The notes beneath the pieces are model-generated. The model was not told the DNA's origin and searched no databases. It saw nothing but the letters and a program-made list of their open reading frames with translations. 64,000 nt of DNA from Octopus bimaculoides (taxonomy: Eukaryota): NCBI RefSeq assembly GCF_001194135.2, contig NC_068997.1, positions 6,406,530 to 6,470,529 on the forward strand, given 5' to 3'. This document shows, piece by piece, positions 52,085-64,000 of this stretch (positions are counted from its first letter, which is position 1; each line of letters starts with the position of its first letter). The position numbers and the translations under genes were made by a program.

Positions 52085-52472
52085 TCTTTACTTGTTTCAG
52101 TCATTTGACTGCGGCCATGCTGGAGCACCACCTTTAGTCGAGCAAATCGACCCCAGGACTTATTCTTTGGATGCCTAGTACTTATTCTATCGGTCTCTTT
52201 TTGCCGAACCGCTAAGTTACGGGAACCTAAACACACCAGCATCGGTTGTCAAGCGATGTTGGGGGGACAAACACAGACACACAAATACACATACATATAT
52301 ATATATACATATATACGACAAGCTTCTTTCAGTTTCCGTCTACCAAATCCACTCACAAGGCTTTGGTCGGCCCGAGGCTATAGTAGAAGACACTTACCCA
52401 GGGTGCCACGCAGTGGGAATGAACCTGGAACCATGTGGTTGGTAAGCAAGCTACTTACCACACAGCCACTCG
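52085..52472 (-). mobile_element. tRNA-derived SINE
   Basis: Same family as 35470-35985. Confidence 0.8.
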
Positions 52473-55400
52473 TTGAATTTTACTTTCAAAGTATAAATAA
52501 TTTCTTTTATCATGCGTATACATATGATCACAAGTATATCAATTAGACATATACTTCTTATATACACATACATACATACATATATAAATATGTATATATA
52601 CATACATACATACACACACATATAAATATACATATACACATATATACTAGAATATATATCTCTGTGTGAATGTGTGTATGCGTACTATATAATCATAGAT
52701 ATATGCATGTATGTATGTCTTTATTCAGTTTTATTTCAAGATTTCTTGCCAATAGAAAAAGAGCTGGTTTCTAACCTAGATCCAAGGCTCTTTCATTGGA
52801 ATTTCAACATCAACAACTGGGTATGTATGTATGTATGTGTGTATATTCATAACACAATAATTTCTCTCTCCACATACATTTTTATACAAATAAATTTTTA
52901 TATTTACATATCAATAAACTTCCATTCAGAAAGAAAGGATAAGAAAACGATAATTGTACAGTTATTGTTAAGGGCTTGTGGATTTTATATATCAACAGAA
53001 GATGAATTTGTCAGTTTTTCTCTAACTTCATTGCTATTTACCTTACAAAAAAAAAAAAAAAAAAAAAAAAAAAGAAATACTGTCTAAACAATTGCTTGCA
53101 GCTAAAATTTTAGTACAATCTCAACAATTGGCAGAATAGGATACTGAGAATAGAAACCGAATTTTGTTCCTATTTTCTTATTCTGCCCAGTGAACAATTT
53201 TAAATTTGGAATCAGGGCATATTTGGCTTAGTATCCAGTTATCTTATGTTATCAAAGTATTTATCTTTACAAAAAAAAATACAAAAAAAACTCTTGCCCT
53301 AGCTCTAAACTTTATCTTGCCAGTACAACTTTACACCAAAATTTCAAATTCTAGAATGGACTCACTGGTTCTAATGAATTGGTTAAAGTTGAGAACATGT
53401 AGGAGACATCTCAAGTGTAATTTTTCTTAACCTTAAAACATTTAGAGTTAACTGACCCTATACAACATCTAGATGTAAATACCCTTTCAGATGTTCAACA
53501 AATCTTTAACAGCAGTATATGAGCCCTATCAAGGGTTTTTATTTTTGTAATTAAGGTGAAAACTATTATCTAGTATTATAGCTGAAAAGTTGAAGACATT
53601 TTCATGTTTTTAGTCAACAAATTGAAGACTCAAATACTCTATGCTATTCACAGAACTAAGTTGAGATTTAAAATAGTAATTTTCTAAGTGAAAATACATG
53701 AACAGAAAGGAAATTACAGATCTGCTCGATTGCAAGAAAGCTTGATCACAATAAACTGTGATCTAATTGTCATTTACATTTTTCTTTTTTTTGTCTGTGT
53801 TCAGAATAGAAGAAAAATCTATCCTCCTGGCTGGACCACATTTGGCACAAATGTAAGCAAAAGACAAGTTGGAATAATATAAGCAAAAGATAAAGTATAC
53901 CTTGTATGAAACAATTATCAAGTTAGAAAGCACCTCGATATATATATATATATATATAAATACATGCATGTATATATGCATAAATGTGTATGTATGTGCA
54001 TATATGTATGTATGAAGGTTGTATGTATGGAAGTATATATGTATAAGTAGGTGTAGATGCATGGGTATGTGTATAGGGATATTTTTCATTTTTTTTTTTT
54101 TATACTTTTAATCTGCATATTAGTCCTTGATATTGTTAATTACAAATGGGAGAAACAACTGAGGCTTCCTATGTAGCCTGAAAGTGTGTTAAGTTCCATC
54201 CCAGCTAAGAGAAATAGGAAGTGTATAGCCATTTCTTGATATTTAAGGGGTTAGGTTGTAAATATTATTAGAAATGGAAAAGCCCTGAGGAGGAAAATCA
54301 GCATTGTATTATTGTAGAGGACGTAGTAAAGTAATTCACAATTCATATTGGAATTTGGTTTAAAAAAAAAACAACAAAAACAGTAACTTGGTTGTTCTGG
54401 TCAACCTGGCAGATATGGTAATGATTTTGACTTAAATGTTATGAAGATAGAATTTGTGAAGGGATCGGTTAGTCTGGCAGTATAAGTTTATAAAATTTTA
54501 TTTCATCAGAAAAGTGACGTTTTTTTTTTAGAGTTTTACTTTTGTGTTAGAATAAGCATATGACCTTGAAAATCTTCTAAGAGATGTTGAACAGTTTCAC
54601 CATTTGACTTGGTGATTAACTAATTATACATTATTTAACTGACCAAATTAGCCTAGAGTTTAGTGGTCAACCAAAATAAATTAACTAAGGATCAGATCAG
54701 TTAAATTATTGTCAAAAACATTCTACATTTGAATTGAAAAACCATTTATCGGATAGAGTAAGTAAAAAAGGATGTACTAGTCAGAATTAAAAATCAAAAT
54801 TATAAAGAAAACCAGAGCTAATGCCATAACAAAAAATGGAATTTCATAAATAGTTGCTTTTCCTTTTACCTTTGGTATTTTAACCAAATATTTTGCAGCT
54901 GAATGATCATTCAGTTCATTCAGAATAATATTACAGAATTAAGAAAACTTGGTGTGTTACAGGATGGCATTGGTTTATTGGAGTGAATACTCCAATATTG
55001 TATTTTATTGTGTTTTGTATAATTTTCCTTTTACTGTTCGACATGATTATGCACAATCATGCCATTGTTAATGTGTGTGTGTGTGTGTGTAAGTGTGAGT
55101 GTGTGTACAAGTGTAAAATTGTGTGAAAGTAGTGTTTTTGGTTTTTTTTTTAATCCATAAAGCTAATGTGAAGAATTGTGTTAATAAATGCTGCATTGGC
55201 AATCACCAGATTTTCTGATATAAAAAAAAGACCAATACAGTCACTTAGCCATAGGTCTGATAGCATGGCCATGAGGTTTGTATGCATGATATCCTCTATC
55301 TAAACATTGTCAATATGAAGCACAATGGGTGCATTAGCTTAGTATTATTTCTTTGAAAATTTCTTTTAAGAATTTGTTTTAAGCATATGTTGCCTTAATT

Positions 55401-57355
55401 GTGTAACACTTAATGTCTTAGTACTGCTAAGTTATTTAGCAGTTAGGAATTTTATTTGAAAGATAAATCATTTGTTTCCTAATCAGATTGAAATGATTTC
55501 ACAGAAGAATTCATTTGAGCATGTTTACTACATGCATTGCCAAACATCAACTGCTGGTTTTGATGTGACGGGTGAATGGTTGCCAAAATGGTTTTAAAAT
55601 GGAAACTAATTTCTATGTTGTTTCTTGAAAAGAGAACATTAACAGTTTCAACTTTAGCATGAGTGATGTTTCTTTGATTGGTGAAGATTAACACCAATAG
55701 ATACGAGTTAAGTGTAATTATCAAGCCAACGGGTTATAGGAAGGACATCTTATCGCAATTTTGTAATTAAAAACCAACAGCAACGAGGGTGGGGATGGGG
55801 GGGGGTATAAGAAAAGTGTTGCTGAAAGTTATAAACTATAGGAGCTGAATAAACAATGAAATAATTCATAAATGGTTTTGCAGAAGTACTACTTCAGCAT
55901 TGAGTAATGGATTTTTCCAGTCGATGGAATTTTATTCACACAGTAAACTTTTATGCAAACGTAATGATAACAAGGGTAAGCTGGCCAAACAAATCTTGGC
56001 TAGAATTCTTCAGGTAATGAAAAAATTGTTTCCCCAGCAAAATACTTCATTTAATTTGTGTTTTGAAATAAATCTAAAATGAATTTGGAAGATGAAAATT
56101 GTCCACTAGTATAGTTTCATAATTATAGATTTGTTGTGGACTATGAAACTATACCACAGCATAAAAGATAAGGAAGATTGCACTTCAGTCTGTCATGGTT
56201 CATATCAGCTAGAAATATCAACAAAGAAATATTATTATTTATTTTATTATTACGAAAATATTCATTTCTCGTTGTTCCCGTGCAACCATAACCAAATTGT
56301 AAAATAATAAAGAGTTGAAAACTATGTATTATGTTCTCGCTACACAAAGATATGTAATACAGCAAGTAATATTACCTTGTTGATCTTCTAAGAGAAGAAA
56401 AGAATAATTAAATGCTACATCATAAAATGATAGCTTTTGGTGACTGTTTAAAAAAGGTAAGCACATCTGAATCTGTAAGTTCTTTTTTTTTTTTTTTTTT
56501 CACTATCTCTGGATTAATTTTCATTCAGTAAGTGAATAATTTCTGAATTATTTTACTAGTGATAGTGATTAAAACTTAATATTTCACATTACTTTGTTAA
56601 TATATTAATTAGATTGTCTTAGATATTAATTGAGAAGGTGATGTATAAAAGAAATTTTGTTCATTTATTTTTATAATTTGCATTGATTAAAATACTCTGA
56701 AAGTGAGGTTTTTATAACAAAGAAATACTCTGGGTGGAAGTCTAAACAGTTCTAATGCTTTTCATTGTCTTTTTGATAAAGAATAGTGGAAAACTACTTT
56801 AATGTCTATTCTAAGACTTTCTCTTAGATTAATAAAATAAATATCAATAATCTAGTCCCTTTGTTTAATTTAGTATGACAGGTTCAATAACTAGAAAAGT
56901 GTCTTTAATTAACATCAAGTCTATATTAATTTTTAAATTAGCATCTTAAATTAAATCTACCTAAAAACCGGCATGAAGAGAAACAACGGGTTTCTATGAA
57001 GTGATTACAATGAAATTTCAATCCAGTGAATTCTATGTCAATGAATCAAAAACTAAAGTTCATTTATGTTTAGTAAATTTGTTGCTGAAAGAGCATTGTT
57101 TAGTTTTAGTGCAATTAGATGCCATCTTGATTGACGGTCAGCCAATAATGATTAAATGTCACCTCTATTTTCTCATTCACTGATTTCACTTATTCATTTT
57201 TGTCTTCTCTTTCATTATCTTCTGATCAATTTTCATACTCCCCCTTCTCTTTCTCCAACACTCCCTCTCTCAACACACTCCCCCCCCCTCTCTCACACAC
57301 ACACATACACGTGCATACACACTTACACACCGCTCACCTTGGCAGTTAGATGTCT

Positions 57356-58862
57356 TCAAGAGTTGACAAAGGGCAGTTTTCTATAATATTCCAGATCTAA
57401 TTTAAGTGGAGATCTTACTCTGTGAAAATACCATTCCTCCATACAGTTTAATGCAACTGGCTGCAAATTGAAATAAAATTTGTTCACAAACAGTTGTTTC
57501 TTCTGTATAAGATGAGGGATATCACCAACTCCAAAAACGCAGATGCTCCGAACCCAGATTCCAGAACAAGGTGCTAGTCCTTTCCAAATGGCATAAGTTG
57601 CCAACCATGGCTTTTTATCAGGATCTCCTAAAAGCAATAAATTCAAGAAACATGAACAATTTTAGAGTATTGAATTATAACAATATGAATGTAATAGAAC
57701 ATTAAACAATATGTCAGACATGGTTTGTGGAATTTAGTTAAATCCATAAATCTGATCATAACATACAATTCATGAAAGCTATGTGTAAAGTTGATAGCTT
57801 ACCAGCCTATCAGCAGAGAGGATGTCAGTTCAAATTTCATTAATGATGGTGTGTTGTGTGTCAGGCATAGAAACTTAATATTCAATGATACAGTCTCTCA
57901 CATATATAAGTAGACTAGCAGTATAGCCCGGCGCTGCCCGGGATTAAGCTAGGATTATTAAGTGATCAAGTGCTTTACTTTAAACCAAAATAAGTAACAT
58001 CGACATCAGATTTGAGCAAAATCCATTGAAATTGGTTTGGCTGAAAATCGTTTGCTGGCAATTTGATTGGGAAATCCCATAAGGAATCAGTTTATTGGTT
58101 ATTTCCACTCATTGACTGTTTTTTTTAAAGTTGCATTAGAGATCTGCATAGGAGAAGGTTGATCTGAAGGTTTGCATTNNNNNNNNNNNNNNNNNNNNNN
58201 NNNNNNNNNNNNNNNNNNNNNNNNNNNNNNNNNNNNNNNNNNNNNNNNNNNNNNNNNNNNNNNNNNNNNNNNNNNNNNNNNNNNNNNNNNNNNNNNNNNN
58301 NNNNNNNNNNNNNNNNNNNNNNNNNNNNNNNNNNNNNNNNNNNNNNNNNNNNNNNNNNNNNNNNNNNNNNNNNNNNNNNNNNNNNNNNNNNNNNNNNNNN
58401 NNNNNNNNNNNNNNNNNNNNNNNNNNNNNNNNNNNNNNNNNNNNNNNNNNNNNNNNNNNNNNNNNNNNNNNNNNNNNNNNNNNNNNNNNNNNNNNNNNNN
58501 NNNNNNNNNNNNNNNNNNNNNNNNNNNNNNNNNNNNNNNNNNNNNNNNNNNNNNNNNNNNNNNNNNNNNNNNNNNNNNNNNNNNNNNNNNNNNNNNNNNN
58601 NNNNNNNNNNNNNNNNNNNNNNNNNNNNNNNNNNNNNNNNNNNNNNNNNNNNNNNNNNNNNNNNNNNNNNNNNNNNNNNNNNNNNNNNNNNNNNNNNNNN
58701 NNNNNNNNNNNNNNNNNNNNNNNNNNNNNNNNNNNNNNNNNNNNNNNNNNNNNNNNNNNNNNNNNNNNTTTCCCACTTTTTCATTTTTTTTTTGTTAGAC
58801 GCTAGCAAACACTCTGTATTTCCCCCCTGTCACAAACACACTATTTCTGTCTGTCTGTCTCA

Positions 58863-58903
<41 letters not shown>

Positions 58904-61900
58904 CTCTCTCTCTCTCCTTCGCGCGCGTACGCGCAGATTTGACTTCGCCATGTCAACAAACTTCAAAATTGTTGAAAGTTTATCGATTTTTACAGCTATA
59001 CGAGGGTGCCTCTGAGAGAAAAAGTTGACAAAAATGCAGATAGGGTTATGACGAATCTCCTCCTAAAATTGGAGCAACATGCGTGCTAATTTGTGGACGT
59101 GCATAAAGTACATTCACACACACACATCTTCTCTTATATATACATACGGATACTGTGAGGAGGCATGGTTCACTACTGAAAGTTTTGAGTATTATTGATG
59201 AACTTTTCTTTGGTGAATTGTTTTAAACCCTCGAAAAGAAAGTAAATGTATTAGCTGTTGTTTAACCCAATGCATGGGTAACTGCTGGCCTTCCATAAAC
59301 AACTTTGCCTGGACTTTCTAGGTGCAATTCCATAGTCATTCATGACCAAAGAGGGTCTTGACCCTTTTTACCCCCAAATCAAACAAACCTATAAGGCATT
59401 CTAGCCATGACCATTTCAATTTTTTATGAGTAGATAGGACAATATCATCTGATGTGTCCTGTCCTTAGATAAAACAGTAGTGTATTACCTAGGGGAGATA
59501 TTGTTGCTATTTCTAGTAAATTGAGTGATCACATTAGCTCAAACTTTTTCAACTCTTACTGGAAATTAACTGTTGATGTTGTCTTTTTTTTTGCTGCTGT
59601 TGTTGGTTAGCTTTAGGTCAACCCTGATTGAGAATGGCTATTATATATCTGGGACTACATTGTTTAAAACTATGACTGCGAGTCCGCTGTCCTAACCTAA
59701 TAGTGGAGGCGCAATGGCCCAGTGGTTAGGGCAGTGGACTCACGGTCATAGGATCGCGGTTTCAATTCCCAGACCAGGCGTTGTGAGTGTTTATTGAGCG
59801 AAAACACCTAAAACTCCACAAGGCTCCGGCAGGGGATGGTGGCGAACCCTGCTGTACTCTCTCACTACAACTTCTCTTACTTCCTGCTTCTGTTGTGTCT
59901 GTAATTCAAAGGGTCAGCCTTGTCACACTGTGTCACGCTGAATATCCCCGAGAACTACATTAAGGGTACATGTGTTTGTGGAGTGCTCAGCCACTTGCAC
60001 GTTAATTTCACGAGCAGGCTGTTCTGTTGATCGGATCAACTGGAACCCTCGACGTCGTAAGCTACGGAGTGCCAACAACAACAACATTGTTTAATGTCTC
60101 TTTTCTTTCTAAGACACAAAGGTGTGATTTGAGGAAGATTTCTCTGCTATTTCTTGCAGATCATACAACCACTTAAACACTTCCTTATTACCTCATGATA
60201 AATAAGTACTAAACTGATTTAATGGACTACAACTGAAAGTGTCTTTGTATCTTGGCAAAATAATCAGATTAAAATTTCTCACCCAGTTGTGAGCCACATC
60301 TCCAATTTGTTTCTCGTCTTTTTTTGAGGCTAATGAAATTAAATCAATATGAAGCATCAATTAAATGGGCTGAACATTCTCCCAAATAAATTGGCTTTGT
60401 GCTTATTCAGAAAAATCAATATTTGATAATTATCTTAGGAGAGTGCAGTAAAGTAAGAAGAAGATGGTGGAATTGATGGGTTCAGGAGAGTCTGTATTGA
60501 CAAGTATCAAACATTAGTCTCTTGTCTGTCAACCTGTTTTCAACAATAAGATTTAAATGACCAAGGCAACTAGGGATTGTAAGAAGGTCTAATTTTTATG
60601 TTGTTCTTTTTTCTTGACCAGTGATTCCTTGAATTCTGGCCTCTTCCACCTTTTTTCAGCTGAATGGCATAAACTGCAGATAAGAACTAAGCTTAACAGA
60701 CTGTGGTAGATCATTAAACTATCAACTTTAGATAAATCTCTTCAAAAAACTGTAATTTATGATGAAATTCAAGGATTTCATAAACTTTTTAAAGGGAGAG
60801 AAAGGAAAGCAAAAATATGAGACCATTTGGGAAGAGGTATGTTAAGAAATGACATTTGAATAATTTCCAAAAGTTTTAAAGACACAAATGGAAAGAAACT
60901 GCTCAAGCCTGAGAATTACTATGAGACTACAATAAATATCTGGAAGTCTCTTGTCAGGTAAAAAAAAAAAAAGCAAACACAAAAGCTTTAAAGTAGTTGG
61001 TCCTCTAAAAGACATTGCATCTTAAACAAATGTAAAACTAATCCACTGGAGTAGGAATGTCATATCATCTTTCCACAGATTCGTAATTCATAACATCAAA
61101 GCCTGGAATTCTTGCAAAAACTAATTATTTATTTTAACCATTTCTTCACTAAAACCCATTTCTGGGATAATAAAAAAAGGTTTAAGGAAAGAAGGGCAAC
61201 CCTGTAATAAACTTTTCCATAAATTCCTATGTGATCAAACGTTAGGCAGAGATGACCAATGAAATGACCGTTATTGGAATGGATTAACTAAGGAGAATCA
61301 AGTATTATTTGGGTCTAGCTTGGTTCATATCAGAAAATCAATCAATATTGTGAATATTGATTTTATAAATCATTTTGTTTGTGTGAGAGGGGATATCCAC
61401 AGACATACAAGCACACACACATATATAAATGTGTTTGTGTGTGTGCACATGTGCATGGAAACTAATAATGAAGCCGCCCAGCTTTCAGTACATTAATTAG
61501 TGAAAGTATTAGTTAAATAGTCAGTCTATTCACCAGTGTATCAGTTAATTAGTTAATATTTTAACCAACATATTTAGCTATTTCATTAGCCACTGTATCT
61601 GCTAGTTTTTGCCTGTAAACTAATCTATTATCTGATGTTCTAGCTAAAGTTATGCCCATTATATTTGCCAGTGTATTTGCTAGAATATTAACTGGTGATG
61701 ACCAAAGTCTCAAGTAAAGAAATAATCATACTAGTACATAATTAGCAATATTGTAACTATTATAACCATGTATTGGCTAAAGTACCAATTAATTAACCAT
61801 TATATGAACTAATTTATTAGTTAATGTTGTTCTATATTTAAGAGATGAGGAATTATTTACATTATTTACATTATTTACATTGGACGGATATTTGTCCTCA

Positions 61901-64000
61901 TCTTGTTTGTTGTTAACACAACATTTCGGCTGATATACCCTCCAGCCTTAGTCAGGTGTCTTGGGGAAATTTCGAACCTGGGTTCTCATTCCTAACGATG
62001 TTACTATTATTATATTATTATTATTATTATTACTATTATTAATCAGGTCGCTGCCGTGAATCGAACTCGGAACCTTGGGGTTAGTAGCCCGCGCTCTTAA
62101 CCACTACGCCACAGCATATGGCCCACGGGCATATGGCGTAGTGGTTAAAAGCGCGGGCTACTAACCCCAAGGTTCCGAGTTCGATTCACGGCAGCGACCT
62201 GATTAATAATAGTAATAATAATAATAATAATAATATAATAATAGTAACATCATTAGGAATGAGAACCCAGGTTTGAAATTTCCCCAAGACACCTGACGAA
62301 GGCTGGAGGGTATATCAGCCGAAACGTTGTGTTAACAACAAACAAGATGAGGACAAATATCCGTCCAATGTAAATAATGTAAATTAGTTAATGTTGTATT
62401 ATATTGTTTACTATTTTGGATGGAAAATATTGGTTATTAACCTAAATTAACCTATTAGCAGTGGTGGAAAAAGCAGAATCAAAATGTTACTCTTTTTTTT
62501 TTTGTGAAGGCAAAAGATAGATGTGAATACATATTTTTTGCATCAATAATCCAATCCAATATGAGATATTGACATACACTCAAAACATAGCAAACATTTA
62601 TGGCCTTGAGCAATGTGCAATCACAAACCTGGCAACTGCCGTTGATTTAGAATAAGAAGGGGAAGCAAACAACAAATTGAAACTTTCCTTGCAATAACCT
62701 TCAAAAAGAAATTTCGGTTTTTTCTGGACAACTGCAAAAATATGCTTCTGCTTCAAAAAGCATATCTGTCTACACTCATGCATGCACAACACAAACACGC
62801 AAACAGACATAGATAGATAGACAGACAGACAAACAGACAGACAGACAAAGGGATAGATGGATAGATAGGTAAATACATGAGAGAGAGAATTGAATGACAA
62901 AGATATTCTCACCTTTGTAGCCACCAGGTGTGTTTAAATGTTGATTTAACTTAGTATGATGTAATGTTGCCCAAATGTATTCATCTGGGCTGTTAATATC
63001 TTCAAGCCATTTCACAAAGTCTTGTACTCGATGGTCTGTTATTACAAATTTCACGAAATTTCTAGAAAAAACACCGTAAGCACTTCCTTTTACTATACTT
63101 ATATTATGGGGCGGTGGAAGTTTTTTCTTGTATGTATTTTCTAATGTCTTTTTTCCTTTAACATCAACAATTTTATAAACATATTTGAAACGGCCAGTCA
63201 ACATACGTGCCCCAGTTATGCCTTCAATATCATTTGAACCATTGTAGATTTTTAGAATCTTCACTAGCTCCAGATTTGTTCTCAAGGGATATGTTTGACC
63301 AGGAAGGTTGATGAAGTATTTCCAGCTAATGTTAGTTTTTAGGAGATCCGACATACAATTTAAATCTGCCTGTAGACGAGAAAAACCAGAATATATAACA
63401 TCTTCAAGTTTTGAAGCAATGAAGACATTGTCAAAACAAGCTGCTAAACGCCTGATATTGTCATGAAGACTCTTTGATGACTTGGCATCGATGTGAAGGC
63501 AATATATATTACTTGGTCGATATATAGCTCGTAATAAACGCTCCACTTGGAAAAAATCTTTATATAAAAGAATACTGAAAGCAATCGGAAACTGTTTCTC
63601 CTCTTCAGAAACATTAAAAATGTATTTAGATGACTCACGGATAACTTTGCAACTTTTAAATTCTTGTAAGAAATATTTACGGTAATATTTCGAATTAGTT
63701 CCAATCTTTGATGATCGTTTTATTTCCTCTTTATCACCTTTAAAAACTTGACCACAGTTTACCGGACGCATTTGGTAGGAATAAGCGGACAAACCAGCAA
63801 TATGTTCGGCCATTCTTTCCCGTCCATGTTTTACGTGATCCATAGGGAACTCATCTGTGTCTATTGTTTCTGGATTTACCTGTTGCCGTCTACACCAAAT
63901 CCATACTTGCGAACCAGAGAGTAAAACGAGAAGGATAATGATATTACATGTTGTGCACCTGAGGCGCAAATAATAGCGCAGACGGCAACAGGCTCGAAAC
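57356..64000 (-). CDS. Core-2/I-branching beta-1,6-N-acetylglucosaminyltransferase (GCNT family, CAZy GT14), 5'-truncated by the window edge. Exons >=64000-62913 and 57627-57356
   Basis: Long ORF with an N-terminal hydrophobic anchor (IIILLVLLSG) and the motifs FPIAFSILLYK, LRAIYRPSNIYCLHIDAKS, SRLQADLNCM, WKYFINLPG, SPDEYIWATL. Donor AAAG|GTGAGA at 62913/62912; acceptor ttgcttttag|GAGAT at 57628/57627 (phase 1). The last exon WLATYAIW...CSGIWVRSICVFGVGD...LFVNKF...CMEEW ends with TGA at 57358-57356. The frame is open to base 64000 (FRACCRLRYYLRLRC), so the true ATG is outside the window. Confidence 0.92.
57914..59151. mobile_element. Possible Helentron/HINE-like non-autonomous element (partly in a gap)
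   Basis: Starts ACTAGCAG with a subterminal CCCGG...CCGGG hairpin, contains internal microsatellites and ends ...ATATATACATACGGAT. Classification is inferred. Confidence 0.4.
59668..60083 (+). mobile_element. Full-length tRNA-derived SINE with a 5' inverted duplication and 11-bp TSD
   Basis: Head ggaggcgcaatggcccagtggttaggg; (CAA)n tail; ACATTGTTTAA at 59657-59667 and 60084-60094. Confidence 0.85.
61831..62382. mobile_element. Palindromic retrozyme-like insertion: two back-to-back units of tRNA-like head, hammerhead ribozyme and (AATGTAAAT)n tail
   Basis: Arms at about 61855-62111 and 62134-62384 are near-perfect reverse complements. The direct repeat ATTAGTTAATGTTGT flanks the element at 61816-61830 and 62383-62397. 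Confidence 0.85.
62288..62333 (+). ncRNA. Minimal type I hammerhead ribozyme with intact core
   Basis: Stem I GACAC(62288-92)/GTGTT(62329-33); core CTGACGA(62293-99) plus an extra A; stem II GGCTG(62301-05)/CAGCC(62316-20); GAAA(62321-24); palindromic stem III ACGT; predicted cleavage after GTT (62328). Confidence 0.78.

Noticed and set aside
62127-62200. tRNA gene
   Set aside because: It has A/B boxes and an anticodon-like arm, but the acceptor stem does not pair. It is a SINE head.
62776-62912. C-terminal extension of the 397-aa ORF (ENIFVIQFSLSC...)
   Set aside because: It is intron read-through past the AAG|GTGAGA donor into microsatellite sequence.

Overview
AT-rich, microsatellite- and SINE-dense eukaryotic genomic DNA with several N gaps. 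The repeat content suggests a cephalopod such as Octopus (inference). Three spliced genes could be reconstructed by hand. (1) A 2-exon centromeric histone H3 (CENP-A/CenH3-like, minus strand, 12572-6211, 146 aa). (2) Head-to-head with it, a gene with 9 coding exons for the peroxisomal carrier SLC25A17/PMP34 (plus strand, 15022-32827, 312 aa). (3) A GT14 core-2/I-branching beta-1,6-GlcNAc transferase (GCNT family, minus strand) whose start lies beyond the window end. The rest is decayed RTE, CR1, L1/Tx1, Gypsy, Penelope-like and Tc1/mariner elements, tRNA-derived SINEs, and fold-back MITEs containing TTAGGG repeats. The most unusual object is in the GCNT intron (61831-62382): a palindromic insertion flanked by a 15-bp direct repeat, made of two back-to-back units of tRNA-like Pol III head, minimal hammerhead ribozyme and (AATGTAAAT)n tail. 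This resembles a retrozyme or the Schistosoma Sm-alpha SINE. The copy antisense to the host gene has an intact catalytic core, whereas the sense copy is mutated. A second, degenerate hammerhead candidate lies in the CenH3 intron, and a Penelope GIY-YIG remnant lies at about 40.5-41 kb.
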